A stretch of 63,705 nucleotides of DNA, filler included, from Octopus bimaculoides (Eukaryota): assembly GCF_001194135.2 (NCBI RefSeq). It is 4 parts of 4 records of this genome, joined end to end, with 100 filler letters (N's around TTAATTAATTAA, not from the genome) between each part and the next. Parts side by side here need not be neighbours in the genome. Positions count along the whole stretch, not along the records: positions 36,019 to 62,462 come from NC_068984.1; 3 more parts are not named here. The stretch is one strand, 5' to 3'. The position numbers were made by a program, and so were the translations under genes. The notes under the pieces were generated by a model, which saw nothing but the letters and a program-made list of their open reading frames with translations, was not told where the DNA came from and searched no databases. This document shows positions 49,466 to 61,932 of the stretch, piece by piece (the stretch's first letter is position 1; each line of letters starts with the position of its first letter).

Positions 49466-50860
49466 AAACTAACAACTTAAGAGACCAGGAAGCATCATGG
49501 AGGTGGCTCAGCAAGGGTGATTTAAAAAGGAATACTGAAAGCTTAATCATAGAGTGGAATCTGTTAAAGGCTATAATGGATCAGTAAACCATATTATTTT
49601 TCATTTAATTGGAATACAGCTAGATCAGAAATTCGCAAATGATGTATTGCAGCAATATAAACAAGTGTTGAAGTCAATCATTTTGGTGTAAAGTCGCGAT
49701 GGCTAAGTGTACACGGTTCAGCATTCAGACTAACTCCAGGTGTTCAGATCACCTATGTACATCAGATCACCTATGTGCACTGAAGAACTGAGGAGAGTTT
49801 TGCTGAGCCTTAATGTTTGTTTTTGACTCCAGCATATAAATGTAATTGTCGTGGATCAATATTTCCACTTTTATCGAGAATATCTCGTTTTCTGGTTCAA
49901 ATCTGTGTAATACAGAAAACTATTAAAGACACCCAAGTAACCAGACGACTGTATTGCAGTTGATTAGGTTCAGACCAGCCCTGGTCCTGATGAAAAGTAT
50001 TCCAGATATGTTCATCTAGGACTACACTTTATTACAATGTATTTTTCCAATTTTAAAATGGTAAGGTGTGATTTTTGAACAAGATTCAATTGATAACATT
50101 AATAGGGGGAGCAGTTTTGTAGAAGCTCCATCAAGCCGGATGGTGTATAAGTTCTACCATCTATACAGCCACATCAGATATTATAGACACAGTAGCTTCT
50201 GACACTAAAATCTTCAGTAATTTTCATGAAGAAACAGCAACCAATTTTCTTAGCTCTCCAGTGGGCTTTATCGATTAAGCTGACCGACTAATAAAGTTAA
50301 GTATGAACAGATAAGTGGTGTGTGAAATCTAGATTAAGCTAGATTAGGTAACCTAGATACTGTTTAGTAATTGAGTAGTGAATATCAATGTCGTAGCTTT
50401 TGTTGTTTTTGTTGTTATTGTTGATGGTATTGGCGGCGGTGGTGTCGGCGGTGGTGGTAGTGGTGGTGTTAATGTTGGAATGTACACATATATACGTATA
50501 TATATATATATATATATATATGGGTATGATTATATAATACACATGCACACAAATTAATATATACGCGTATATGTATGGATGTGTATATGTTGAATAGATG
50601 AGTGTGTATGTATTTGTGCATACCTATAGGCATATAAATACTTTTATAACATTTAGTACATGTTCCCAATAAATGTTGACTTTCTGTACTTTGTTATACT
50701 GGTGACGTATAGTGACTTTTGCTAATTCGGTGACTTTCCACTTTTTTTTATAGCATAACTATGCCACAGAAAGTATGTTTTGGATCTATTTTGACTACAT
50801 TCCATTTAGCCTGAGCTTCGTATGTGTACATTTTGTTGTTTTCAATATTATCAATTCTAT

Positions 50861-50921
<61 letters not shown>

Positions 50922-50929
50922 TCTGTGTT

Positions 50930-51070
50930 CCTTACGTCTATAGTAATCTAGAGTAAAGAGCATTTTACCTTGTTTTAATGAGCGCACATTTAATGACGTA
51001 GTCATCCTTATGGTTGGTGATCCCCATGAAATCATGATATTCTCATTCGTTTTCGAGATTTGCTTCACCT
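50930..51070 (-). mobile_element. Possible RTE-type APE N-terminal remnant
   Basis: TSLNVRSLKQGKMLFTL...RRKEHR resembles the T.NVRSL..GK...QE.R start of AP endonucleases. Short and decayed. Confidence 0.35.
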
Positions 51071-52609
51071 TAAATTTGTTTCAGAGACTCATCCCTCTTA
51101 TCATGTTCTCCAGTATACTGTTATTCTGTAGACAAGATGGGTATCCTTTCAATATTCCACAGATTGAACCTGCAACAGGATAGCCAATTACAAACAAAAA
51201 GGTGTCGTCAAAGGACTTCTATTCTTACCAACTGATGTTAAGACTAGAACAATCAAATCAAAGGTAGTTTACCCAGAAATCCTGTCCTTTATCTCTTCTT
51301 TCTAGCATGGCCGAAGTGACATTTCCCTCGCCACCTTATTTCTTTTTCTTAAATGTCTTCCGATTCCTATGTTTGCGGTACAGGAGATTAGGATTTCACC
51401 CACAAAACACGTTCTCAATGTTTTAATTTTCTCCCTCTCTACACCAAATTCACTTTTTAGTTTTTTCAAATTTTTATTCTTGGTTATACATGGAGAAAAA
51501 ACACAGAGTACGAATCTTTAAGAATTTTACCCATCACCTCAACACTTTCAAAAAGCTACACACTCCCAATGTTTCACTTTTAGCATTTTGGAAAATGGGG
51601 AAGTTTTTTCAGAAATAATGTCGTTACCTGTTGTTTCTAGCATGTCGGGTTGTCTGGTATTTTTTAAGCTTACTATTTCAGTAGAATTATACTCATGCGG
51701 GAAACACCAGCCAAAAGTGAAGGATTGGGAGATTTTAGCTTTTGAAAGCTGGTAGGTGATGGGTGGGCAAGGTGGGGGAAGGGGCATTGAGTGTTTCTTT
51801 ACGAAAAATNNNNNNNNNNNNNNNNNNNNNNNNNNNNNNNNNNNNNNNNNNNNNNNNNNNNNNNNNNNNNNNNNNNNNNNNNNNNNNNNNNNNNNNNNNN
51901 NNNNNNNNNNNNNNNNNNNNNNNNNNNNNNNNNNNNNNNNNNNNNNNNNNNNNNNNNNNNNNNNNNNNNNNNNNNNNNNNNNNNNNNNNNNNNNNNNNNN
52001 NNNNNNNNNNNNNNNNNNNNNNNNNNNNNNNNNNNNNNNNNNNNNNNNNNNNNNNNNNNNNNNNNNNNNNNNNNNNNNNNNNNNNNNNNNNNNNNNNNNN
52101 NNNNNNNNNNNNNNNNNNNNNNNNNNNNNNNNNNNNNNNNNNNNNNNNNNNNNNNNNNNNNNNNNNNNNNNNNNNNNNNNNNNNNNNNNNNNNNNNNNNN
52201 NNNNNNNNNNNNNNNNNNNNNNNNNNNNNNNNNNNNNNNNNNNNNNNNNNNNNNNNNNNNNNNNNNNNNNNNNNNNNNNNNNNNNNNNNNNNNNNNNNNN
52301 NNNNNNNNNNNNNNNNNNNNNNNNNNNNNNNNNNNNNNNNNNNNNNNNNNNNNNNNNNNNNNNNNNNNNNNNNNNNNNNNNNNNNNNNNNNNNNNNNNNN
52401 NNNNNNNNNNNNNNNNNNNNNNNNNNNNNNNNNNNNNNNNNNNNNNNNNNNNNNNNNNNNNNNNNNNNNNNNNNNNNNNNNNNNNNNNNNNNNNNNNNNN
52501 NNNNNNNNNNNNNNNNNNNNNNNNNNNNNNNNNNNNNNNNNNNNNNNNNNNNNNNNNNNNNNNNNNNNNNNNNNNNNNNNNNNNNNNNNNNNNNNNNNNN
52601 NNNNNNNNC

Positions 52610-52945
52610 GATGAACTCTGAAATGTCAGTTTCGACCTCCTCCTGGCTTGCGAAAGTTATGTCCCCCAAATAATTCTGTAAACTCCGAAACAAATGGTAG
52701 TCTGAAGGATCAAGGTCGGAGAATGAGGTGGATGAGGAATTTTTTTCCCAACCAAGCTCTTCGATCTTCTGTGATGTGATCTTTGCAGTGTGGGGTCGTG
52801 CACTGTCCTGATGAAACATCACTCCTTTTCGATTTACTAAAGCGGGCCTTTTTTTCCTTCAAAGCTTGATTCAAACGCTCTAATTGCTGACAGTAGGCTT
52901 GAGCATTGATTGTTGCATTAGGTGGTAACAATTCAAATAAAGAGA
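52610..52945 (-). mobile_element. mariner (DD34D) transposase C-terminal fragment
   Basis: FELLPPNATINAQAYCQQLERL..ALKEK, then HQDSARPHTAKITSQKIEELGWE...SDLDPSDYHLFRSLQ. 34 residues lie between the second and third Asp. Truncated by a gap. Confidence 0.9.
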
Positions 52946-54029
52946 TTGAAGATACGCCGCACCAGAATCTAGTTGAAAACAATTAGTGTCACGAGAGTAG
53001 CGTACAGCAATAACATCTGGTGAGCTACCAGAGTATGCCAAGCAGGGAATGCTTCAGAATGTTGAGATCTCTAAGAACTTGTGTTACCTCAAGTATGTAG
53101 AAGATATCCATCTGGTGCTATTCTAAAGATCCAGCCTCATCCTACGACAGTACGAATGAAATGGCCAAAGGGTGATTAACGCTAAGGAATGGCATTAAAT
53201 GGATGAAGGCCTCGACAAATATTCATAAGAATACTACATGTATTGCTCAGCGGAAAGTCTGTGCCCCTACAACAATAAATAATCTTGCAAGAGAGCGTTT
53301 CGGAACTGAGGGTAAGAAGGCCGCACATCAGCAAAGTTGCAAAACAGAAGGGAAATATAAACGTATCACTCCAGGAAAGACATTACATCTCCCGATAAGG
53401 CGAAACCGTGTTGAGAACAGAGTTAACTAGGGATATGTCTGCGGAGATTCTGAAGGTAATATATCGTTGATAACATAGGAGAGGGCGAACAAAAGTATTC
53501 AATTCACCGGGATTCTGTTAACTCCGGATAAAAGAGATCCAGAAGCTATAGATAGGTTCTTCAGATAGATGTACGACGATTCCCTCAGAAATGAACTCTT
53601 GAATGCCAATCTAAATTTCCAGCATCCAGTTAAAGAGGTGATGAAGAAGGCTAGAATGGTATAATTTACTACATACGTACAATATAACTGATAATCATCA
53701 GCTACTTCGGAGACGTCCAGCTGAAGTTCAAAATAAGCTACTTTACAATTCGTTTGCTAGATCTGGAAAAGTATATCGTAAATTTTGCAGAATTTTCCTC
53801 TTTTTCTTTATCATTGAAATGAAACTCTCTGCTGGAAAAGAAGACAAGCTGACACTTCAGCTGAAGCTATGTAACTTCATTCGAATAACGTAAACATTTC
53901 CAACAATGGGGAAAAGTAGATAAGTGATGAAAATCATGATTCAGACAGAGATATAGTAGCAGAGTGAGAAAGAACAGAAATCAGGAGCCATACTCCTATT
54001 ATCTCCATATGGAAAATCAAGTAGTAAGA

Positions 54030-54500
54030 CCTGAAAAAATTGGAACCATTTTACGTCTTCCTGCTGCGTAGTCTATGACACACTCCCAACATCAACAAAT
54101 CTGCATAGTTAGGACATAAGAGAGGCTCTACTGTGTAAGCTTTGTAGGGAGAGGAGCATTTCATGTATATCTTATCAAGATGTAAAACAGCACTCATAGA
54201 AGGAGAAACAAATAATGACATGATTAATTACTCATAACAGTCGCTAACACTGGCGTGGGAGAAACAGAATAAACAGTAATTTCAAGAGAAACCATCACCA
54301 TCAGTCAAGTTCATGGCAGAGACAAAAGCTGTTGGCCAAACCATAAAATAAAATCAGTTTACTAAAAAAGATTCTTTCATGGAATATGAAAAAGGGTCTG
54401 GCAAGAAAGTTGCAGATCATCCAGACAAACCTGATGTTGTTCTGTAGTCTAAAGAGGCCAAGAAAATCATCTTGGTCGAATTTTACAGGTAGAAACTATC
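54030..54500 (+). mobile_element. Decayed RLE-type non-LTR retrotransposon (HERO/NeSL-like) 3' fragment
   Basis: Frameshifted EP..SFLLRSVYDTLP...NLH.G...LC.LC...L.YILSRCKTAL.EG (CCHC region) and KPDVVL*SKEAKKIILVE (RLE PD..E). Confidence 0.6.
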
Positions 54501-55224
54501 ACGTAGAGACTACCTATATTAGCTCGATGCCACCCGAGGCTAACTCTCTGCACTATAGATACCAGTAACGTAACGAATGCTTATTGCGTGCGGTACAGTG
54601 AGTAGCAAAACTACGATCAACTGAGACTATCAGCAATTATTATACAAAATCCCCCTTTGCAGGGTTTGCAATTAAAAAAGTAAATGAAGTAATTGCAATA
54701 ATCTCAGTGACATCATTTTTTTTTGTACAATGTCAATTGGAATGGATCTTGCCTTTAAAAGCCTCTATTTAGGTTTTATTAAACTTCTTCACTTAAACAG
54801 ATCTTATTTAGTTGGGGGAAAAAAAAGCTAAAAGCAATCAACATAAATACGTACGTACACTCCGACACAAATATGCATGTAAATTTTGAAGGCAATTCGT
54901 ATTTACTATTTTATACCTAGCCCTACCGAGGATCCACTGAGTCAGATCGGTGATTACAATTGGATTTGGTATTTGCATATCTACCCTATCTTGCCAGCAC
55001 TTGAAGTATATAATGTACTTTTATTTCCCCATGAGCTCTATGAGTCTGTACCTAGCCGTTTCCTGATGACTAGCATGTTGATGTGCCTTGATTCTTAAGG
55101 AATCCATATAACTGATTGATATATATCTGTTGTGTAAGTTAGGAAGAACTAAATATTTACTAATATTTAGTTTTGAGTTTCTACCACTCAAGTCGACCTT
55201 ATTTCGTCTTTTGACTCACAATGT

Positions 55225-55450
55225 ATTAGAGGTATCCGACACTCCGTCAGTTACGACAACGATGGTCCCAGTTGATCCGATTATCGGAACAACCTCTTTG
55301 TGAAATTAACGTACAAGTGGCTGAGCACTCCACTTAACGTAGTTCTCGGGAAATATTCAGTGCAACGTAGAATGTGACAAAGCTGAGTGAACTGGAGCAA
55401 CGTCAAATAAAGGGTCGTGTTCAAGGACACAACGACCTTACGATAGCGCC
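55225..55450 (-). mobile_element. V-domain-like SINE, internally deleted
   Basis: GTGAAATTAACGT.CAAGTGGCTGAGCA.TCCAC...TGTGACAA.GCTG...GGAGCAA.GT.AAATAAAG.GTC.TG.TCAAGGACACAACG is shared with 20725-20980. Confidence 0.75.
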
Positions 55451-56687
55451 TTCCGGTAGTAATTGTGTAAACCCCGGAAGGATAGAAAAGATTTGATTCA
55501 GCATGTGAAGAGAACGCGATATCTCAAAACCCTCTGCTATATGACACTATCATCGTGGATATTGCTTTTCGGTATCTATTGGATTCATTGTTCAAGTTTC
55601 TGTTTAATCAGTCACATGACTTGTCAAAAGTAACTTAGTGATAATACTAATAACCAGCTGTAAAAGTGACGTTTAACAAGGTGACATGGTAAAGCGAAAA
55701 GGTACATCACGAAACAAGTTATACCTGAATTACTGAAACATTATTGTGAGGTCGGATCATCTAGTAGCTAACGGATTAAATTTTGATCATACATCATCTC
55801 GATTAAGATTGATCTGGAGTTTGTGTTTTATTAAACATCACAAAATACTTTTACATTCATTTTCATTTCAATGACAATGCTGCACGACGTTCAAAATAAT
55901 TCTCCCTTTATCAATGACATTGAGTAACCTTAACAGAAACAAAAGTTAGTGTTCTATAGAGTTTCATATTACCTCCCCTCTTCATTTTTTTTGTCTTTAT
56001 TAATGATCATCGAACATCACATTTACATCTCATGCTTGTCGTTTTGATGATGCTACAAACGTTTCATTTAATGGTGATAAATTAAGAACAATTGGAAACT
56101 CTGAACTAAATTCAGTTAACCTATAGTTAAAGACACATTAGAATTCAATACCAGTCATTATAAACTAATGATATTCATCTCCGAAATGAAGTCAATTAAA
56201 AGAAATACGAATTTTTGGCAAAAACAAAAAAAAATGTCAGACTTGAAGAAAATCTCTTTAACTAGATATGCAAATTACCGGGAATGCTACAATGATAATG
56301 ACTTGTGGCGTATTTCCCTCACAAATCAACTATTTAAATTAAGTTGCGCTTGTGGCATTCTGTCTAAACTACTATGTAATACACTTAAATCAATTTGGTA
56401 TTGATCTGAGAAATTTACTTTAAACAGGATATATTTGTCTGGTTATTTTTCTATTTGATTTTCTTTCTGTCTTGAATTAGTGAAACATCCCAGTAACTGC
56501 CACAACAGATACAAACATTTGCAACAAGTGCAACAGTAGTTGTCATTGATTCAATTATGAATGTAACAGAAAAATCTATGAAGTATGCGCAGTAAACTAG
56601 TACACAATACCTTAGTATTTTTAAAACCCAAGCCTGCATATATGCATATATACATAGTGTATACACACATGCATGCGCGCGCGCACA

Positions 56688-56792
<105 letters not shown>

Positions 56793-56829
56793 TGTTATAT
56801 TTCCGGGTGGTTATTATTTTCTCTTTGCC

Positions 56830-57797
56830 TAATAAACTCACGTCATTTATTACTGTTCTTATTTTCTCTTATGTCCATTGTCCGAAAATCTTTGGTCACA
56901 CACCTGTGACCTCTTCATTGACCTTTTCCGTCCACGTGTATCCTCCTTCTCCGCTTAGTCCATTCTCTCCTTCTATGATGTATATCCTTATCTGTGCATG
57001 CGTTTGCATCTGTATCTGTGTGTGCGTGTGTGCGTATGTGTGCGTGCGTGTGTGTGTGCGCACATACGTGTGTATGTGTGTTTGCGTGCGTGTGCGCACG
57101 TGTGTTTGTGTTTCGCATGTCTGCTGATGTGTGTGTGTATGAGCTCTCCCACCACACTGTTTATATTGTTATCGTTACCGTCGTTGTTCTTAGTGGTGCT
57201 TTGACCGTCCCCTCACCTACATTCTCACTTCTGTTGCTGCTGCTGCGCTTCTTGACCCTTACTTTTGATATTATTCTTGTATCTTTCTGTGTATGTGTGT
57301 TCGTTCATGTTGTTGCTATCGCGTTTGTTGTTGTATGTGTGTTTGTCTGTGTATATGGATTTGCTTACTATATTGTTTGTATCCGTTCTCTTCATATATA
57401 TTTTTTGTTTACTTACTTATCTCAATTTGTTATATTTATCATAGGCATGTGCATGTTTGTCTTTTGTGTATATTACACAGTTTGTACTTGTGTCTTTTTC
57501 CCCTTCTGTCTTCAGTCGTCGTGTTGCATTTTGTGGTGGTCGAGGGTAATATTGTTCCATTTGTGTTTTCTGTTGAGGATCGGTCTATATATTACTATGT
57601 GTATGGCCTCTGTAACCTGCCTAAGTGTAGTGTCAGTTCTACTCGAGCATGTTGGTAGGGCACTGACGAGCTTTTCTTCTCTTTGAGTTCCCGCCAGTTT
57701 TCACCTATTCGCTTCCCTATGCTGCGTACCGTCTCCACAATGTAAGTTGTTGTTTTGTTTCTGCAGTTGTAGACACATACAACACTTCATCCACGGC
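56830..57797 (-). mobile_element. Inverted 3' end (GIY-YIG C-terminus + 3' UTR/pLTR) of a Neptune-like PLE
   Basis: Minus strand TYIVETVRSIGKRIG..WRELKEKKSSSV.YQHA..E...TLRQVTEAIHI....PILNRK..WNN, followed by a CA-rich UTR containing an HHR-like motif. Confidence 0.75.
56880..56923 (-). ncRNA. Degenerate minimal hammerhead motif in the PLE 3' UTR
   Basis: Minus strand GGTCA-ATGAAGA-GGTCAC AGGTGT GTGACC-AAA-GATTT-TC-GGAC. Perfect 6-bp stem II. C3 and G12 are lost. Colinear with 37333-37377. Confidence 0.5.
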
Positions 57798-58374
57798 ATG
57801 CAATTCTCTGACTACAGCCAAAGGGACAGGATTAGAATGTACAAAGGATCCATGGATAAGTACAAGGCCATCATAGAGGGTAATACAAATGGGATCTGCC
57901 CGCTATACAGGAGTAATTCCTGAAACAACACAGAAAGGACCAGGAAAGAGATAGATGAGGCCAACTCATGGTATGACAACAAAAAATACCAGAATGTCAT
58001 GTCCGTTGATGCTACTCCTGGCGGCGAACTAGTATACCTGTTTAGAAAAGCATTAGATAAGATAAATCTACGGATTAATGTAGTAGAAAGGCCTGAAGTC
58101 CCCATAAAATCTCGGATCTGATCTGTAGAACTTATCCCTTCGATAAGTCCCCATGATCGGAGAACAACTGTATAGTATGTAGGATGAACTCACAGGTTAA
58201 CTGTAAGGTTAGGAATGTAGTCTATAGCTTATGGTGCACTGAGGGGCGGTGCAGAAGCAAGATAACAAGTTACATCGTGGAGACGGCACGCAGCTTAGGG
58301 GAGCGAATAGGTAGAAACTGGTGAGAGGTCAATGAGAAGTAAAGCTTGTCAGTGCTCTACCAACTTTAGATGTT
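57798..58374 (+). mobile_element. Neptune-like PLE fragment (thumb, linker, start of GIY-YIG)
   Basis: MQFSDYSQRDRIRMY..S.DKY....G.CPLYRS, WYD.KKYQNVMSVDATPGGELV, LRINVVERP...IKS, C.VC...NCKVRNVVYSLWC...C...YIVETARSLGERIG. Confidence 0.85.
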
Positions 58375-58384
58375 TAATATAGAG

Positions 58385-58628
58385 CAGCGTTTCTCAAACA
58401 TTTTTTACCCTTTGATTCCTATTTTACTCAGATGAACCTTCCTAGTCATTCGATGTTTAAAAAAACCCCATTATATTTTTATAATTAAATATTATTAGGA
58501 ATTGCATTTTAAAATATATTTCTTTTGTGTGTATTGTAGAAGTATAACCAACTTATTGCGGATGAATTTTAACAACAAAGTCTTAAATGGATCTTCAAGG
58601 GTCATATGGAGCCAGTTGATAACCACTG
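58385..58628. mobile_element. hAT (Charlie-like) MITE
   Basis: TIRs CAGCGTTTCTCAAAC and GTTGATAACCACTG. 8-bp TSD ATATAGAG (58377-58384) / ATATAGAA (58629-58636) fits the NT.TAGAN Charlie target preference. Confidence 0.75.
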
Positions 58629-58904
58629 ATATAGAAGAAAACATCGTAACACCAGTATCGTATGGATTAGATTTCTATGTTGTGACTTAGCTGGCAAAAA
58701 TTATCAACCAAAACCCGCTCAACTGAAAGCCTACTTTAAAAAAAAGTGATTTTAATAATACAGTCAGATTGAATAATGCAGCCCAACACACGGAATGTCT
58801 AGGTAAAGGACTGGGATAAGGGACACAGTTGGGATGTCCTTTGATCAGAGCTAATTTGTGGCGAAATAACAGCGACGATGCCGATGAAAACAATGATGCT
58901 ACCA

Positions 58905-59065
58905 CCACCACTAACCTCCATCATAACCACTAAAATCCCACCCCATCAACACTACCATTACCACCACAAATCCCCATCATTAACCCCTACTGCCACCATC
59001 ACCACTACTAAACCACCACCACCACTACTAAACCACCACCACCAATAACCATAACAACAACAACT
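58905..59065. repeat. Degenerate (CCA/ACT/ACA)n low-complexity tract
   Basis: Directly visible. Confidence 0.85.
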
Positions 59066-59532
59066 ATGAAACTACAACAAAGATGGAGGCTTATACGTGA
59101 TCTCTTTATCTGCTAGAAACAGCAGCCTAATGGGATTCAAATTACATTTTACATTAGATGATATTTTCCTAAATGTACTGTATCTGAATAATAGAGAACG
59201 ATCACGGATAAGGTCGTTTCTGATCATGGGTCGGCTCGGTCAGGTCAGTCATGGGGTAAACAGCAATATGACATGTGGGACAGAATAGCTGAAGTGTTGC
59301 AAGAGAAATAAATCTGGTAGATGTTGGGTGACGAGTAAAATATCTGATATGAATGATATGAATAATTGTCTTAGCAGTGCAAACATAAAATTTTATTGCA
59401 AGAGGAATAACAGTTTTCACATTCACAAAAATCAAAAGGTAAAATCAATGTCATGAGCATTGCATGGACAGAACGTAGAAATAAAATTGTTAAAGAAGTC
59501 AAAAGAGATTGAACATCAGACAACATTTCATG

Positions 59533-59584
<52 letters not shown>

Positions 59585-59585
59585 T

Positions 59586-59970
59586 ATTACCTTCACCTTC
59601 ACTAAGGTGGAGGTATTGCTTTCGGTCGCGTTTGTTGTCTGTTTGTTTGTTTGTTTATTTGTCCGTAAACATGACATCTCAAGAACCGCAGGATGGATTC
59701 GGATGAAACTTTCAGTTATGTTTGGCCTTATGACTGGTGCAAACTGATAGATTCTGGGAACGATCCAGTACCGGACAAAGATTCTGGATTATTTTTCTAA
59801 TTTTTTTACTTAATTTTTGAGAGCGGTCGGGTTCGTTTTTAGAATTCTCGTTTGTGCGAGCAGTCGAGTTTATTCAGGTATTCTCATTTTAAAAATCATC
59901 TCTGGCTAATCGTTGAGAGGACGTTGGTGTTGCCTTGGCGGAGGTTTGCGCTCTCTGAGTGCTTTTGTTT
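59586..59970 (+). mobile_element. Non-autonomous Helentron (HINE/DINE-like)
   Basis: 5' subTIR ACCTTCACTAAGG (59595-59607), (GTTT)n microsatellite, 3' subTIR CCTTGGCGGAGGT (59933-59945), terminal hairpin GCGCTC-TCT-GAGTGC (59948-59962), T-rich ends. Confidence 0.8.
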
Positions 59971-61556
59971 ATTTATTTATTTCTCTCTCTATCCTTCTTT
60001 CTTCCCCCCCCCATCTCTTTCTCTATCACTGTTTTTTTTTTCCTGGTTGTATGAAATATTTGATATGCTGTCATATTTTTATATTTTAATTGAAAGAAAT
60101 CATAAAGGAGTGAAGCAGCAAAGCTAACCGTCGCCAACCGCCCGACAGGCACTGTAGGTTAGCAGATAAGGATGTTTCAATATTATGTTATCGTTTCCTC
60201 TTATTTCTCATCTTTCTTCGGTCAACTGTAATATTTATCATCTAGGTCCAAAGTGTAAGTAACAGTAATGTGTTGAAATCACAACATTCATTCTCACGTA
60301 CACACATGCGTTTATATAAACATATGTATTACAAATACATACATACATACACCTTTTTTCTTTACCTTTTTACTTGTTTCAGACATTTGACTGTGACAAT
60401 GCTGGGGCACTGTCATGAAAGGTTTTAGTCGAGCAAATCAGTTTGAAACCTAATGTCAACCTGTCCAGATCTAAACTCAGAACGTTGACACAACTAAATA
60501 CTGTAACCATTTCTGCAATCTACCATCCTAATAATAACAACGATTCCTTACTTTGGTCTAAACCTGGACAGGTTGACATCAGATTTCAAACTTGTGTTGA
60601 CCAAAGAATAGAAACGAGTCAAGTAGTAAGTCGATTACATACACACTTCAAATTTAGAGCTTTTTGTTAATTTTTCTTTAGAATATGGTATATGCGATAG
60701 AAAGGATGCATTGAATGCTGTTAAGTCTTACATCGGCAAGTCGAACGGAATACCATTCCATCGCTAACATTCTATAACTCAAGTTGAATCTGTACTTCAA
60801 CTGAAGAATTAGAAATAAGAAACGAAAGACATATGAAATTATGTCGCTTATTCAGAAAAGTAAAATTAAGAATGGTTATAAACAAATATTCTATTACATA
60901 ATCGATGTATCGATCTTACGTTGGTTATCTAATGTTTTAATCCATAAATATGGCATTCTCCACTTGACTTGCAATTTTCTGCGCAGACAGTCAGCCATTA
61001 TAGCTGTTTCATTGAAACAGGAAGTCCATTCTGCGAAAATGTCAAGACATTCTTCTGTTCAAATTCATCAACAGACAACACCAATATACTGATTATTACA
61101 AACTCATTTTCCCTTTCATTTTTGTTAATAATTATTCTTGTTTACGATCTTTTGTTTGTTGTTTTAGTTATATTTTTTACTTTTAATTATTGTCGTTTAA
61201 AATATTTCAGTGTGTTGTTTTTTTCGATACCAACCCGTCTACTTTTACGTTGCATTCTTCAGCAAAACGCTTCATTTCATGTTGCTCCAGTTCACTCACC
61301 TGTAAATGGTTAACCCTGGCGTCTCGTTGGGAAGGAACGTTGGCCTGCCTATCCAGCCAGGTGGGGTGACCTCATTTGAAACCTACAACAATGTGAGGAA
61401 GAGCATTGTGGCTAGCGTTGTATAAGCACCTTCCATAGCTTGATCAATACAGTGATACAGTGATACAGTAATATTTATATACCAGTGTTATCTATATGAT
61501 TATTTACATAGCCGTGTGCCTAGGTGCCTTTGTGTATATATTTATATATCAGTGTG

Positions 61557-61640
61557 TCCTGGGGTCGATTTGCTCGACTAAAGGCGGTGCTCCAGCATGG
61601 CCGCAGTCAAATGACTGAAACAAGTAAAAGAGTAAAAAGA
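61557..61640 (+). mobile_element. SINE 3' tail fragment
   Basis: CCTGGGGTCGATTTGCTCGACTAAAGGCGGTGCTCCAGCATGGCCGCAGTCAAATGACTGAAACAAGTAAAAGAG. Confidence 0.85.
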
Positions 61641-61673
61641 AAAAAGAGGAATATGCATACACATATATATAAA

Positions 61674-61883
61674 GGCGGCGAGGTGGCAGAAACGTTAGCT
61701 TAGCGGTATTTCGTCTGCCGTTACCTTCTGAGTTCAAATTCCATCGAAGTCAACTTTGCCTTTCATCCTTTCGGGGTCGATTAAATAAGTACCAGTTACG
61801 CACTGGGGTGGATGTAATCGACTTAATCCCTTTGTCTGTCCTTGTTTGTCCCCTCTATGTTTAGCCCCCTGTGGGCAATAAAG

Positions 61884-61888
<5 letters not shown>
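61674..61888 (+). mobile_element. Meta-core SINE with an alternative 3' tail
   Basis: Same head and core as 550-751, but the tail is AATCCCTTTGTCTGTCCTTGTTTGTCCCCTCTATGTTTAGCCCC.TGTGGGCAATAAAGAAA followed by (TA)n. Confidence 0.9.

Positions 61889-61932
<44 letters not shown>

Noticed and set aside
59158-59310. Possible plus exon 59158-59243, and a minus-strand CPTCH...HDQKRPY C2H2-like string
   Set aside because: The exon has no recognisable product, and the zinc-finger spacing lacks the first His. Chance is as likely.
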